A DNA stretch of 62,446 nucleotides, the filler included, from Choristocarpus tenellus KU-1152 (Eukaryota > Protista > Phaeophyceae), in the NCBI GenBank assembly GCA_964200185.2. It is 10 parts of 10 records of this genome, joined end to end, with 100 filler letters (N's around TTAATTAATTAA, not from the genome) between each part and the next. Parts side by side here need not be neighbours in the genome. Positions count along the whole stretch, not along the records: positions 18,414 to 27,282 come from CAXNAD020004243.1; positions 27,383 to 30,428 come from CAXNAD020022720.1; positions 30,529 to 33,890 come from CAXNAD020020536.1; positions 33,991 to 39,429 come from CAXNAD020010770.1; 6 more parts are not named here. The stretch is one strand, 5' to 3'. This document shows positions 26,823-39,429 of this stretch, in pieces. The notes under the pieces were generated by a model. It saw only the letters and a program-made list of their open reading frames with translations. It did not search any database and was not told the DNA's origin. Position 1 is the stretch's first letter. Each line of letters begins with the position of its first letter. The position numbers were made by a program, and so were the translations under genes.

Positions 26823-29800
26823 ATATTAAAGACATGGTGTGAGAATAATGCTCAGCAGCCTTACAGACTCACACAACATTGGTCAGACATATGTGTGGCC
26901 ATAGCAGAAAGGAGAAGTTGTTTGACAAAGTCTGGGGGATGTGATGTGAGGTAAGATGTAGTGGATCAGGAGTGTGCAGCAGGATCCCAAAGTAATGTTT
27001 TTGATTTGAAATGACTGGTTTGTGATTGGTAGTCCGGAGTATTGGGTACATTTTGTACATGGGGATTTTGTATGCAGGTGATTGAAAGCACGGGGCCTTG
27101 TGGAGGGATTGTTGTGTCCACTAACATGTCATGCCACTATTGCTTCACCTGAAACCATTTCCTCTTCTTGCAGCATGAGGCCATGATTGAGGCAAAAGAG
27201 ATGCCAAGGGAGATCTTTACAGAGGGATTCCTGAAAGAGCTGTGCGGTGTTGGCGTGTGCCAGGGTGCAGTGGAGGCAGCGANNNNNNNNNNNNNNNNNN
27301 NNNNNNNNNNNNNNNNNNNNNNNNNNTTAATTAATTAANNNNNNNNNNNNNNNNNNNNNNNNNNNNNNNNNNNNNNNNNNNNACGCCCCCTCACAAAACA
27401 CCCCCCACCCCCAGATACTTTGACCCTTTTGTGGATATGGGGACGGACGCTCAGCTCTCTTTCAATCGTCACATTCCCCTAAGGGGGATTAGTTGAAATT
27501 CAGGTACGGGCAATTGGGTGTCAATCAGAAATGATCCTAAATGAAACATGAAAATGAGATGAAAATTACCCTAAATGATCAAAAGTACCAAAATAGACCT
27601 CCCTCCAACACAGGATAGCTCACAGTCACAGTAGGAAATATGCATACTGTAGTACGATATCCTAACACAGTATTGAGGACTATTGACCCTCCTGATGGAG
27701 GGAATGCCCGTCAGAAGTCTTAACTGCAGAATGTGTTGGCTGATACAATGAAGGGGGACTGGTGCATGCCATAGGGAAGATGCAATTGTATAGGAGGAAA
27801 GTGATGGAGGTGGAGAAGCAGGCAGTTGGTGCTATTCATGAAAAAAAGCAGTTTTACATGAAATGAACTTTGTCTTCATTAATGAAATCGGGTTTTCCAC
27901 ATCTAAGGTGCGAGAAGTGACCGAAAGGAAGGGAAGGTGGCAGGAGGTGGCTATTGAGGACAGCAATGTCTTCCTACACAACTGCTTCACGAACTTGAAG
28001 ATCTTGGTTTCATAGTCCTGAGTGGCACCACCACTATTTGATAGTTTCCACCTAACTGTAGGCGGAGGAATATGGACTTGGTTGTATGTGGAGAGGAGCT
28101 TGGCATGGATAGGATTATTCTGGGTAGCATATCTGTAATAGTGTGACTTGAGCCCAGAATTTCGAAAGGCTAGCTAAATTTCCAGGCCTAGAATTATGAC
28201 AAGGGTGTGGAAGGGAGGAAATTTCTTTTAGGTCAGTCGCTGGAAGTTGCAACTTGTGATAGGTGCGATTGCCGTGGTGTTTCAATATGCCCTTGGTGAG
28301 AATTGTTTGACAGGTGGCGCAAGGGCTGTCCTCAATGATGAGGTAAATGAAACCCTTGACCAAATCCATGCACTCCTTCTGTCCTTTGATGTTTACGTCC
28401 CGTAAGTATCAGATACAAGAGCTGCATTTTTTTGAGAGAAGATGAGGCGGGAGAAACCGAGAGGAAAGGACGTGGTCTGAGTGAATGGGCTGTTGTGGTG
28501 TCTTCTTCATCCCCTATCAACGATGTCTCGCTGTGTGCGACAAGAACTTGGGTATTGTGATGGGCGTTTCGTACGGTATCAATGAGGGTAAGGGGTTTTC
28601 TCTTGCTTTCGACTCTGTATCTGAGTCTGAGGCCTTAAATGCCCGTTGTAGGATTATTGTTACCGTATTGTAGACAGCCGATCGAGCTTCTTTTGTGAGA
28701 TAGACGGTAGGCTCTCTTGATGTTGAAGTTCAAACTTTCGTTGTAGCACCTCAAGTGTAGAAGCTCATACCTTTCGGTACAAGCTAATCCCTTCCTCACC
28801 CTATTATTATGCTAGTATGAAATACATTAGATATGTGCCTATTTGGTTCCTGAAGATTGCTAACCTCGTCGACTAAACGTTAACTGAGAAGACCAAAATC
28901 GTTTTTTTGTGACAAAGCATCCCTATCTACCTGAAGAAGGTTGGTGTGACTAGAGTATATATAAGTCTCTGCAAGTCGTGTACGAGGAAAGGCAACTGAA
29001 CAGGGAAACAGGTGTATTCCTTAACGCTTCAACTGTCCTGAAATGATGTATGTGTAATGATGACCATCCCCCTATTCTATATTTTTATTATTATGCCCTC
29101 TGACATTCTATATTATTCAGAGTATTTTGTATTATTAAAACGAGTAGTTGTAGTAATAGTAGTAGGTATTAAAATAGTACGTTTATCAATCGATTTTGAA
29201 TTTTTGGTTGGGTAATTGAGAAATTCTTCAACCAAACAGTATCATGGTGGAAGATCATAACGAGGCCATACCCTTTTCATACAAACCCTTCATCAAAAAC
29301 TTGAGAACTTTCAACTTTGTAGTGTGTGTGACCTATCGGGATGGACAATGCCTCTACCAGCACGGTATAGGGAGGCAGAAGAAAGAAATACGTGTCAAAG
29401 TCCACACCAAGGGGAAGGCGAAGGTGGTAGGACGGTTGGTGTTCTGGACGTAGGGAATGAAGACCAGCAAGCCGAACACGAAATGCAGATCGTAGACCCC
29501 CCCCATCGACTCTTCGAGCTGGCCCCTATCGGACCTGAGGACCTACCTTCCCTCTGTGGAGATGAAGGGATTGGAGTTTGGTGGAATGAAGACGAAGGTC
29601 CACGCTCAGATGGTCAGGGCAGTGCTGTGCTGATGGACCCTGGCGTATACTTCCAGGTGCGAGGAGTAAGAACGGTGGTCCATGAATGAGTCGATTCTGC
29701 AGGTTTGAACTATGGATCATCCTGGTGGTAGCTAACTAAGATCTCTACTCTGTTGTCCTTTCTTCATCCACTAGCTTCACTTTAAAAATAGTTCATGCAG

Positions 29801-30609
29801 CTCTGACCACGTCAAGCCAAGTCTAACGATCCCTACTGAGTGAGAAGAGCGACCGCATTCAGACTTGACAAGAACAAACTTCATGGCATTTTTGTCTCTA
29901 TCTTGTTCTCACTTCAGTTGGTCCGGGCTTTGTACAGTGAAACTATGGTTGTAGAAAAATCTCCCACCACCGTCAAACTCTTGACTCGTCTGTCTTTGTA
30001 CCCATAGACCTCGAATAGCGCCCTTGCCCCTGACGTCGCGTGTAAGGCGTCACTCCACCTTGTACAGGAATGCTCGTATCAGCAGCAGGAGATCCTTCGG
30101 CAGCAAAACGAGAGCTACTCCGGGCTACTCAATTCCCTTCTGTTAAGGCTAGAATAGGCTGCCACAACATAACCTTCGCAGATGCAGCAAGGGTTGCAAT
30201 AGTGATCGTGTTGGTATCAGACACCTCCTGGTGTTGATGGAAGTAATACTTTCGGGAACTATGATCGTACTGCTATACTCTATACTGCTAGTGTGCGTTG
30301 AACCTATGAAGACAGTGCAGTTGCTCTTCCTCCCAACCCTCTACCTCCCACACCCCCCACCCATCGTTCACCTATGTTCCTCTTAAAGGAGTCCCCTCAC
30401 CCCCTTCTCAAATACCCCCCTGAGAGCANNNNNNNNNNNNNNNNNNNNNNNNNNNNNNNNNNNNNNNNNNNNTTAATTAATTAANNNNNNNNNNNNNNNN
30501 NNNNNNNNNNNNNNNNNNNNNNNNNNNNTTGACTGACTTGGATGAACCACCTGGCAGGTGCATTGGCGAGGTACACCTGTACCTTTCTGTCTCGTACTTA
30601 CCACAAAAG

Positions 30610-31251
30610 GGGATACACGGAAAATTCTGGATCGTGTTGGAGAAGATTTCCTGCAGATGGAGGGATTTCGCACGTGATTTGAGGGAGGAGGCGGAGTGGC
30701 AAGCGGCGGGAGGGCTGGACCCAGCAAAAGAGAAAATAATCAAGGTAGGTATGGAATGGTGCAATTAGTAACGCAGTGCAAAAGGTAGTTTGTAGGGTGG
30801 AAATAATGGTGCAATGTGCACTGCCATCTGACCACAGGTCAGCGAGGTAGGCTGAGTAGAGGTAATGGAACAGTTCCAGACTAGGAGTAAACAGTGAGAT
30901 ATATCAATAATAATATTGGTGGTGATAATGGTAATAACGTACTAACACCAGTACTACTACTAGTATTAGTAGTAATAATATTGATAATGATAATAATGAT
31001 AGTTGTAACAGTAGTAGCAACCAATATTTGTTCTACCAAAAGCAACAGTACTGAATAATTTATACTGATAGCATTGACCATAGGTGATAATACCAATACA
31101 ACTACCAATAACACTACAAACACTAGTAATAATGGCAATACTAATAATAACGATAGGAGTATTACTTCTAGTAAATACTTTTATTGTAGCAATATTTCAT
31201 TATTTGTAGTAATAATGACAGAAAGATAGTGTCAATAAAATAGAAAAAATA

Positions 31252-31286
<35 letters not shown>

Positions 31287-33567
31287 ATATGAGTAGTAAT
31301 AATGTATTGATCTTGTCGCAGACTTCAGGTCGGATTTACTGGTTTGCGACTTCTAGGGGTTGCATATTGGCAAGACTACTCGCCCCACCCCTCCCAAAAA
31401 AAACGCAACCTGTTTTTGCCAATATATCATGATACATTGCCCTCTAGACTAATATTGCACTGTAGTATTGGTCTTACTGAAGTCATCCACATCATGGGTG
31501 GATTTCTTCATGGCTTAGAGGTTAGGGGCGTTGCTCCTTGCATACATTTGAAGGATTGAAACCGCATACCAGCAAGATTCTGTGTCTCAAAATATGGTAT
31601 CAAAGCAGAGTGAATTGAACGATTGACAATATTGAGTTCTGGTGCTATCCTGCTGTTGCTATGCCAGAAAAACGCCGGATCAAGATCAAGGTGGCACTGT
31701 CGATGCAGGGGGTCTAGGACAGGATTTGAGGGAGGAGATGGAGGAACGAGTGGTGGGATTGCTGGATCCAGCGCACAAGAAGCAAGGTGCAAATGGTGAT
31801 AGTACAATGTAGTTCAGTTTTTATAGTCTAGCAGTGTAGAAGTTAGTTATAGATGTTGCTGTAGAAACACTATCAAAATACAAAATATTTGGAGCGTATA
31901 GTGTACTCATACTTTAGAATGGTCAATGAAACTACACACATTTTACAATTGTTGATAATATTATCCCTAAAATAGTTATCATCACTACTCCAAATAGTAT
32001 AATAAAGTATGGTTCAAAGTACAAGCACTGTTCTCGAGTTTGAAGGGAACGTTGTTGTTACTTCTAGAAGGATGACTTAGTGTTATAGAGAGTTGGTCTC
32101 CACATATTAGTCTATGGGGTCCGAGACCCGTGGTCAAAAGATAGTCGGAAGAAGATAATACACACCGTTTGAGAAATACACTATTTACTACATATAAAAA
32201 GGAAGTCTAGTCCAAAAGATAAGAAACAAAACAATAGAGAAGAAAGAACGAGGCGACAATGAACCCATTGTATATTTATGAGTGCGACAAAGACAACCCG
32301 ACAAGTGTGATGCACTAACCCATAAGAACATCAGTCACACCAACAAAGACACCAGAAAAATCATCCCAAAAGAGGAACACGCAGGTGAGAAAGAAGCATT
32401 CAGAGTGAAAGTATCTTAGAGGGTACGAGTTTTGCCCTGTTTGTCCATTTGGGGCTTGGCTTCCCATGGTGTATTTTTATTACATTTTCCTACTCCAAAA
32501 TGTTTTGGAGTAGGAAAAATGTGTATGTTGTGAAAATGTGTGTCCGAAACAAGAAGATTGACACCTCCTAACAAACACAATAGCCAAAATTACATCACAA
32601 TCGTAACATTGGATTTTGACCGCCAAATGGACACGGCCCTACCCTCTAAGATACTTTGGCTCTTCAGCAGACAGTGATGTTGGTGGAGTGGGTTACCTTA
32701 GCTACTGCCTTAGCGCAATACATCAGCCATCACATTTTCCTTGGAATGCCACTCTGCCATATGAAGCTCGCTTTGCCGCCAACCACACAGTCATACCGCC
32801 TTTTTTGGTGGGTTGCCCTCGTGCCCCATCCCTCAACAACCACACCAGATTTCTCAAGGTTGCTTTGAAGGCACATTTACCGGTTCTTCTCCTGGCAATG
32901 TTGCTTCCGCTCTTCATCTGTTAGCTTCCTAAACATCAAATACCCTTAGACATCGCTCATTCCCCATCTTGCAACTGACCCTGCAAATATCAGTGTTTGT
33001 TTATAAACTGTTGCCTCAGTACGGTATTGTTCACAACAGTCAGTACTGGCACATTGCTACTGACCACATACCATCATACCTACCTCCCAACGTACACAAC
33101 TCGTGGGATAAGTGAAAGAACAGTTTCTTGGGAGTAGAGTACATGCCTTTGTGTATATACTCTGGAGTACCTTCCTTGTCATTATTGCATCGGACACAGA
33201 AGATACATGTTTATATTGTTTCTATTTGCAGCCCCTGATCACTCACCTCGTCCTTCCTTTGTGTGTGCCACCCACACATTACATTTTCTGTAGTTGGTTT
33301 TACCAAAATTGAGTTTGTCGAAATCTACTATGTTTTGATTTTGAAGTACTATTTACATCATTTTCTTCTCCCCTGCAGCTTGATTGGTTGATTGGATTGT
33401 TTCTAATGCGGGGCGTATCTGTTTTTGTCATCAGTCTCGTCTCTGTCAATATGTACATTCAAATCAAAACACCCGCCATGGTTGCATTTTTTATCCAGAT
33501 TGCCGCATTGGCTTTCTACATCATCTTCAACAAAGAAATCGCTGACGAGATAGTCCTCAATTTCGTG
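30610..33567 (+). CDS. Probable exons of an unidentified membrane-protein gene (partial)
   Basis: Phase-0 exon 33379-33567 (pyrimidine-rich CTGCAG acceptor, GTGAGT donor) encodes two hydrophobic helices, LDWLIGLFLMRGVSVFVISLVSV…VAFFIQIAALAFYIIF. Candidate upstream exon 30610-30744 (…AAGGLDPAKEKIIK|GTAGGT). Linkage of the two is not proven. Confidence 0.45.
30895..31300. repeat. AT-rich low-complexity (AAT/AGT/ACT)n and (AT)n tract
   Basis: Degenerate trinucleotide runs ending in an (AT)n microsatellite at ~31252-31290. Confidence 0.85.
32403..32662 (+). mobile_element. MITE family A, full length
   Basis: Both TIRs intact; flanked by a 4-bp direct repeat TTCA…TTCA. Confidence 0.95.
32680..33070 (-). 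mobile_element. RTE-type LINE C-terminal remnant
   Basis: Frameshifted minus-strand translation (KMGNERCLR…; RRRTGKCAFKATLRNL…; …VWLAAK) resembles the RxxxERLPKxxMFGxL…W..CL..DL..FG tail of RTE ORFs. Confidence 0.4.
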
Positions 33568-33848
33568 GTGAGTTATTCATTTTTTTTTTCTACTGCGTTC
33601 AAAAAATAAGATGTGTACCCGAGAAGTGTACGTCCAGAACTGTCATTTTTATTTTGTCTGTTCATTATTTTTATTTTTAGTATCATCATTACAGGTGATT
33701 TGTTCAAAGTGTATTATGATAAAATGTATATATGCTGTGTGTCATGGGAAGTGTCCATGTATTATCTTTGGCCTTCAAGTGAGTGCTATCCCTGATTTCA
33801 TCCCCTCTTGAGCATAAATCCCCTGAATCTATGTTCAAGTCATGGGAA

Positions 33849-33890
33849 GGCTCAAAGTATCTGGGGGGGGGGTGGCGGCTGTCCATTTGG
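33849..33890 (+). mobile_element. MITE family B 5' end at contig end
   Basis: GGCTCAAAGTATCTGGGGGGGGGGTGGCGGCTGTCCATTTGG, matching the full copy at 37234 apart from G-run length. Confidence 0.9.
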
Positions 33891-33990
33891 NNNNNNNNNN
33901 NNNNNNNNNNNNNNNNNNNNNNNNNNNNNNNNNNTTAATTAATTAANNNNNNNNNNNNNNNNNNNNNNNNNNNNNNNNNNNNNNNNNNNN

Positions 33991-34168
33991 ATCGTGTTTG
34001 TTAGGAAGTGTCAATATCCTTGTTCTAGACACACCTCTTCATAACGTATACATTTTACCTACTCCGAAACATTTTGGAGTTGGAAAATGTCATAAAAAAC
34101 CCCATGGGAAGTCAAGTCCGAAATGGACAAACAGGGCAAAACTCGTACCTTCCAAGATACTTCTACTT
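33991..34168 (-). mobile_element. MITE family A partial, at contig start
   Basis: Reverse-oriented internal sequence with hairpin CCTACTCCGAAACATTTTGGAGT and terminus ACTCGTACCTTCCAAGATACTT. Confidence 0.9.
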
Positions 34169-35762
34169 GGTTGAAAGCTCAGGGTTTATTTTTTCCCACT
34201 CAAGGTCATGTCGATCTGTTTCTGTGTTCCATCACTGTGTCCAGTCCATAGGAGCTGAATGCGCAAAGAACTTTCAGTCATATGTCATTCTTGATTAACT
34301 TTCAGTCATATGTCATTCTTGATTTGTCATTCTTGATTTGATGTGGATGCACAACAAAGGTCGGTTGAGTGGTGAGCTGTTCACACTACCAGTAACAATC
34401 TTCCACCATATCTCTCCTCTTGCATTTCAGTTGGAATTGGCAAAAGCCGAAGTCAACACCTCACCAGCAGGTTAAGACAAGCTCTCAAACACTTACAAAG
34501 TAGTGCGGATGCCAGGGTAACGAGTTGATACACCAGTGTCTCACTCCTATGCCTTGCTTTCACTGTGAAGGGTAACCTCTACATGCTTCTACTAGTGCCA
34601 AAACAATAAAAGTAACCCTGTAGTCAGTCATTTATTCAAGGGAATAAAATAAAATATTAGTAGTCAGTGCTAGCTAATGAAAATAGCACCTTTTTTCGAA
34701 ACAGTTACAAATTCTCACACAAACAAACAGTGATGCACACACAGGAGGCAGCCAATGAGCACCCCCCTTTAAATTGTAGACAGAACAGAGGGTATGGGCC
34801 CCTCCAAGTCTCATACTTGATCCACTACACCCCCAAAAAATCTTATTTGCCTTCTTCACTCACGACAGACAGAGAAGCCATTCAACACGGTGTTAAGGAA
34901 GACAGACAAAGGGAAATGGAGGGTCCTGCTCTGAGGACAGGGAGACCATGTGGAGTTATGAGAGGAAGAGCTGCGTACCACCGTATGGCGGGAAAGAAGA
35001 TTGATGAGGAGGCAAGGTTGATGACCAGAAGAGGTGTCAAGCACATGAAGGCAAGTTCCAGGGCAGATGTCTGTGACAAGTTTAGCAAAGACGAAGCTCT
35101 AGTCATACTTGCTTCAAATTATTGATTGATTGATTGAGTTTGTCAGTGGAAAATGGATGGATGGATGGATGGATGGATGGATGGATATATAGATCGTTCC
35201 ATGATGCTTGGACCCGTGGTCAGAAAGGCGACACAATAAGTAGACAAAGAAATAAAATATAAGATTTTCTACAGAATAGCAAAGATACAGAAAAATCCAC
35301 AAAAAATCAAGGAAATGAAGTAAACAAGGTAAACAAGGTAAACGTGGTAAACAAGAATTGCCCAGAATTGTCGTTTCGAGGATGTCAGCAAACATGCCCA
35401 ACATTTGGCTTTTCTTAAAAATGCGTATAGGATATATATATATATATATATTTATTTTTAGTTGTATCGAAAAGTCTCAAACAAAAGAGAAACCGGCCCT
35501 CTCAAGTGGAAGTTAGCATTTAATACACAGTAATATTGGTGAATTGCAAAAGATTGAAAAACTGACTATGTAATGCAAAATGGTCAAAAACTGGGTATAC
35601 CTCTTGTTTTCCTTGGCTTGCATAGAAATACAGGGAAGGAAGACTTGCAGAGATTAAAAAAACTCCTAAGTGGAAAGAGAAGAATCCTTTTCAATTTGTT
35701 AGCATCTAGATATAAGTCCCAGCATCATGGCTGCAGGTCTGAGGAGGTGCATCGAACCAATT

Positions 35763-36020
35763 GAGTGAAAGTATCTTAGAGGGTACGAGTTTTGCCCCAT
35801 TTGTCCATTTCGGGCTTGGCTTCCCACATTTTTTTTTTAATGATATTTTCCTACTCCAAAATGTTTCGGAGGAGGTAAAATGCATACGTTATGAAAAGGT
35901 GTGTCTGGAACAAGGATATTGACACTTAACAAAAATGATGGCCAAAATTACATCAAAATCGCAACGTTGGATTTTGGCCCCCAATTGGACGCGGCTCTAC
36001 CCTCTAAGATACTTTGACTT
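35763..36020 (+). mobile_element. MITE family A, full length
   Basis: Both TIRs; flanked by AATT…AATT. Confidence 0.95.
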
Positions 36021-36493
36021 AATTTCAATTAAGCATCAGGGGATGAGATCCAGTCCAACACTCCATCAGCAACACATGGGTATCACCACCAGTATCAAGG
36101 AGGGTCAGACGCCATTCCCTAGTCAAACCACTGCAGGCGATGACAAGTGTGTTTGGTGACTGTGGTCACTTTTGCGCTGAGCTGTGACTACATTAGTGTT
36201 TTTACCATCTCAAACAGTCATGAAGTGTTTGATGCCCTCCTCCACATGCCTTTACCACCTCCTTGTGTCTTGTATCCGCCACACATGCACCCCCTCTTCA
36301 GCTGGGATCTTGAAACAGTTTAGAGTATCTTGGAAGCAAGACCTTATTTCCTTTTTTCTGCCCCCTTTCCCTTTAGTTTGACCTTAGTTTGACCTTAGTT
36401 ACTCAGCTGCAAGTTTCCCATACATCAAGTTCTTGGCGAAGTGTTATCATCCATACACGCAAAAAAAAAAGACGGGGGTTAGGGTTAGGGTTA

Positions 36494-36594
36494 GCATGTG
36501 TTTGTGTATAGCATGTGTTTGTATATAGCATGTGTTTGTGTATAGCATGTATTTGTGTATAGCATGTGTTTGAGTATAGCATGTGTTTGTGTAT
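36494..36594. repeat. 17-bp minisatellite (GCATGTGTTTGTGTATA) x ~6, preceded by a short GGGTTA run
   Basis: Read directly from sequence. Confidence 0.88.
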
Positions 36595-37233
36595 AGACAC
36601 CTCAGTGCTTTTGCAACCTGTTCTCAGCATGACATCCCCGCATAAAAGGGAGTGGCCCGCACGATTCCCTTTACAGAACCCAACGCAGACTTGTAGATAT
36701 GTATAATGTTAGGCACAAAGCTAGGTGTACCAGTCCTTTATTAGTGTCCATCTCACGCACCCATAGAGCAGAACCTCAGGCACTTCATTCAGAAATGATA
36801 ATCCGAATTCAGCCCAAGCAGTATGCCAACCACTTGGCTGCAGATTTCTTTGCTGTACTTATTTCATGAAGTGCCACCATACCTGCTATATTCGTGGATG
36901 GATCTCGGTGGTGATATCAGCATTATCAATCATTGAGCCTCTGAGATAAGATATACTTGTCAGTTTGCTTCTACTGCTGCCCTGAAGTCTTGAGTTACAT
37001 GTGGGACCTGAAGGCACATTGTCTCCATCTTCTCCTTGGAGACGGTCAGTCCAAGTGCCTTGCACACTGCTATGATTATGTCAATCACCTTCATGTTGGT
37101 CGAGCTTTCTTGTGCTGAAAATACAATACCTGCTCCATTGGCATAGAGCATTCTCTGCAATAGTACCTGCAAAAACGTTTCCTTGCTCCTTTCCCCGTCC
37201 CCTTCCCCAAAGGTAGTAAGTAATTCCTCTCCA

Positions 37234-37414
37234 GGCTCAAAGTATCTGGGGGGGGTGGCGGCTGTCCATTTGGGATCAATTTTTTCATATCGCGATTTTT
37301 GGGTGATTTGATTCCATACTTCGTCGGATGGATAATGTAAATACACTTTTTTCCTGATTTTGGTCAAATGGACACCCTAGTGAAGAACCCCCCCCCCCCC
37401 AGATACTTTGGGTC
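37234..37414 (+). mobile_element. MITE family B, full length (181 bp), TSD CCA
   Basis: TIRs GGCTCAAAGTATCTGGGGG / CCCCCAGATACTTTGGGTC; subterminal GTCCATTTG and CAAATGGAC; CCA on both flanks. Confidence 0.93.
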
Positions 37415-37770
37415 CCACTCTCTTGAAGTAGACGGAATTTATTTTCACTTACCTCCCTTTTCAATGCTTAACCACTCTTCTGACACGGCAAGTACTACAG
37501 TGAACAAGGTATTGAACTGCAGCAAGGTATTCAATGACGTAATCACACACCTTTCATGAAGGCCTCATGCAACTCTCTCTGTCAACTTCAAACCATCGCA
37601 TGCACTCTCTGTCATCCATGTATACATAGACTCGCAGTCCAACACTGAGTTGATGGATGACCAAAACCATCTTGGCAGGCACACTAAACTTGGCCAGTCC
37701 AGTTACATGGGTACATGCCTAACCATCTACAAAAAGATATTCTGTTTCTATCCTAACACTATCTCTAAAT

Positions 37771-37815
37771 CTAACCCCAACCCTAACCCTAACCCTAACG
37801 CTAACCCTAACCCCA
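37771..37815. repeat. Interstitial telomeric-type (CCCTAA)n tract
   Basis: About 7 units, some imperfect, inside the LINE remnant. Confidence 0.88.
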
Positions 37816-37928
37816 ATTATAATGTCAGTGTCGACCACTGAGGTTGGAACACATGTTGCTCCTCCTATAGTATTCCCTCATGGTTGATGTGGGTTCCCAG
37901 ATGATGTCATGTTACTACTTTGAGGAGT

Positions 37929-38186
37929 GAGTCAGAGTATTTTAGAGGGTAGAGCCGCGTCCATTTGGGGACCAAAATCCAATATTGCAATTTATATGCA
38001 ATTTTGGCTATCATGTTTGTTACGAGATGTCAATATCCTTGTTCCGAACACACCTTTTCATAACATGTACATTTTACCTACTCCGAAACATTTTGGAGTA
38101 GGTAGAATATCATAAAAACCAGTGGGAACCCAAGCCCCAAATGGACAGAGAGGGAAAACCTCGTACCCTCTAAGATACTTTCACTC
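37929..38186 (-). mobile_element. MITE family A, full length, TSD AGT
   Basis: Reverse orientation; AGT|GAGTCAGAGTATTTTAGAGGGTA … TAAGATACTTTCACTC|AGT. Confidence 0.95.
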
Positions 38187-38897
38187 AGTGCTTTGCCAAA
38201 TATGTCCACCAGCAACATACCCCTATAGTTGATACATTCAGCATAATCATTCTTCTTGTGAAGAGCAATGATTACAATGTTTTCCATCCCTGTGATATTT
38301 TCTCCGACTGCTAGGTTTAGGGTTAGGGTTAAGAGCTTTAAAACATTCTTACATTCTGTGTACCAACTACAGAAAAAGCAGCAGCCATTGAGTAAGTCTG
38401 GGAACCTCATCAGTGCACTGTCCAAGCATGTACAAGAGTCTTTTTTTTCTTGCAGTGAGATAGTGTTCACTTGGGGAACACCATTAATGAAGAACACCAT
38501 GTGTTATTTGAAGTCTGACATGGACAGTGAGCCTCGCATGGAAAAGAACATGTTGACAGCAGCCTTTGATTGGGATTGTTAAACAATTCCTCCACGTACA
38601 GAATTTTTGTATTGAGTCAACAAACAAGTTAAGATTACTAAGCACTATTTTGAAGTAGAAGAATTTTAAAGATGACTAAAATGCAATCATAGGCTGCTTC
38701 ATGCTTCTAGCCATCCCAAAAAGGTATTTTAGAGTACTATACCAGCAGAGTGTTGTTCCGTCCGTATGTATGGAAGAGTATTTGTATGCATGCATCTGAT
38801 CTAGAGGACAACCAATGCTGCTTGTTGGAGCAATGGTTTGCTAGAAGGAAAACCGTGCTCATTTCTCTAGCCTAACCAATGCTAATACTCTACCTTG

Positions 38898-38960
38898 CAT
38901 GCTACATACATACATGCTACATACATACATGCTACATACATACATGCTACATACATGCAT
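38898..38960. repeat. 15-bp tandem repeat (CATGCTACATACATA) x ~4
   Basis: Read directly; it explains the 'CYIHT' repeat in ORF 38879. Confidence 0.88.
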
Positions 38961-39407
38961 ACAATGACAGATTTCTAGTCATCTTCGGTCCAAGATGGTT
39001 AAGGAGTTGCTGGCGAATGCTCGCTTCCTCTACAGGGAATGGTCATGGAAGAGTCTCAAAGCTAAATTGGGAATGCGCAAGAAAGAGATTGAAATGGGTA
39101 ACATCAATATTCAACTGTGAGTCAGCAATCCCTACTCAAGAACTCATGCAGTCCATGACCTTCATATCCTTCCAGAGAAGACACAGATATAGAGTAGTTG
39201 AGGTGATAAAAGTGTTTCAATATAGCAGGAGACTATTTCAACTGTGAAGAAATCAAAGCCCTACACAGTGCAGTTCTTACAACAGCAGTGATAACTGTGG
39301 TTGTTTCTTGGTTATGAATTCAATTGGGGGATATATCGACAGTTAGTCTGTACCTTAACGCTTCCAGCGGAAATCTACAACGGACCATTGGCAACTGTGG
39401 AGATACT

Positions 39408-39429
39408 GACCCAGAGTATCTGGGGGAGG
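39408..39429 (-). mobile_element. MITE family B terminus at contig end
   Basis: GACCCAGAGTATCTGGGGGAGG immediately before the gap. Confidence 0.7.

Larger units (their letters stand above)
36610..38480 (-). mobile_element. RTE-clade non-LTR retrotransposon RT remnant, interrupted by MITE B, MITE A and telomeric-type tracts
   Basis: IIALHKKNDYAECINYRGMLLVDIFGKAL (cf. LHKKKD..ECGNYRGISL, ~38190-38280); GLHERCVITSL…FNTLFTVVL (cf. QGLRQGCVL.PLLFN, ~37490-37570); MLYANGAGIV…VCKALGLTVSKEKMETMCL (cf. LYADDAG…FGLTVS..KTE, ~37010-37150). Confidence 0.85.
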
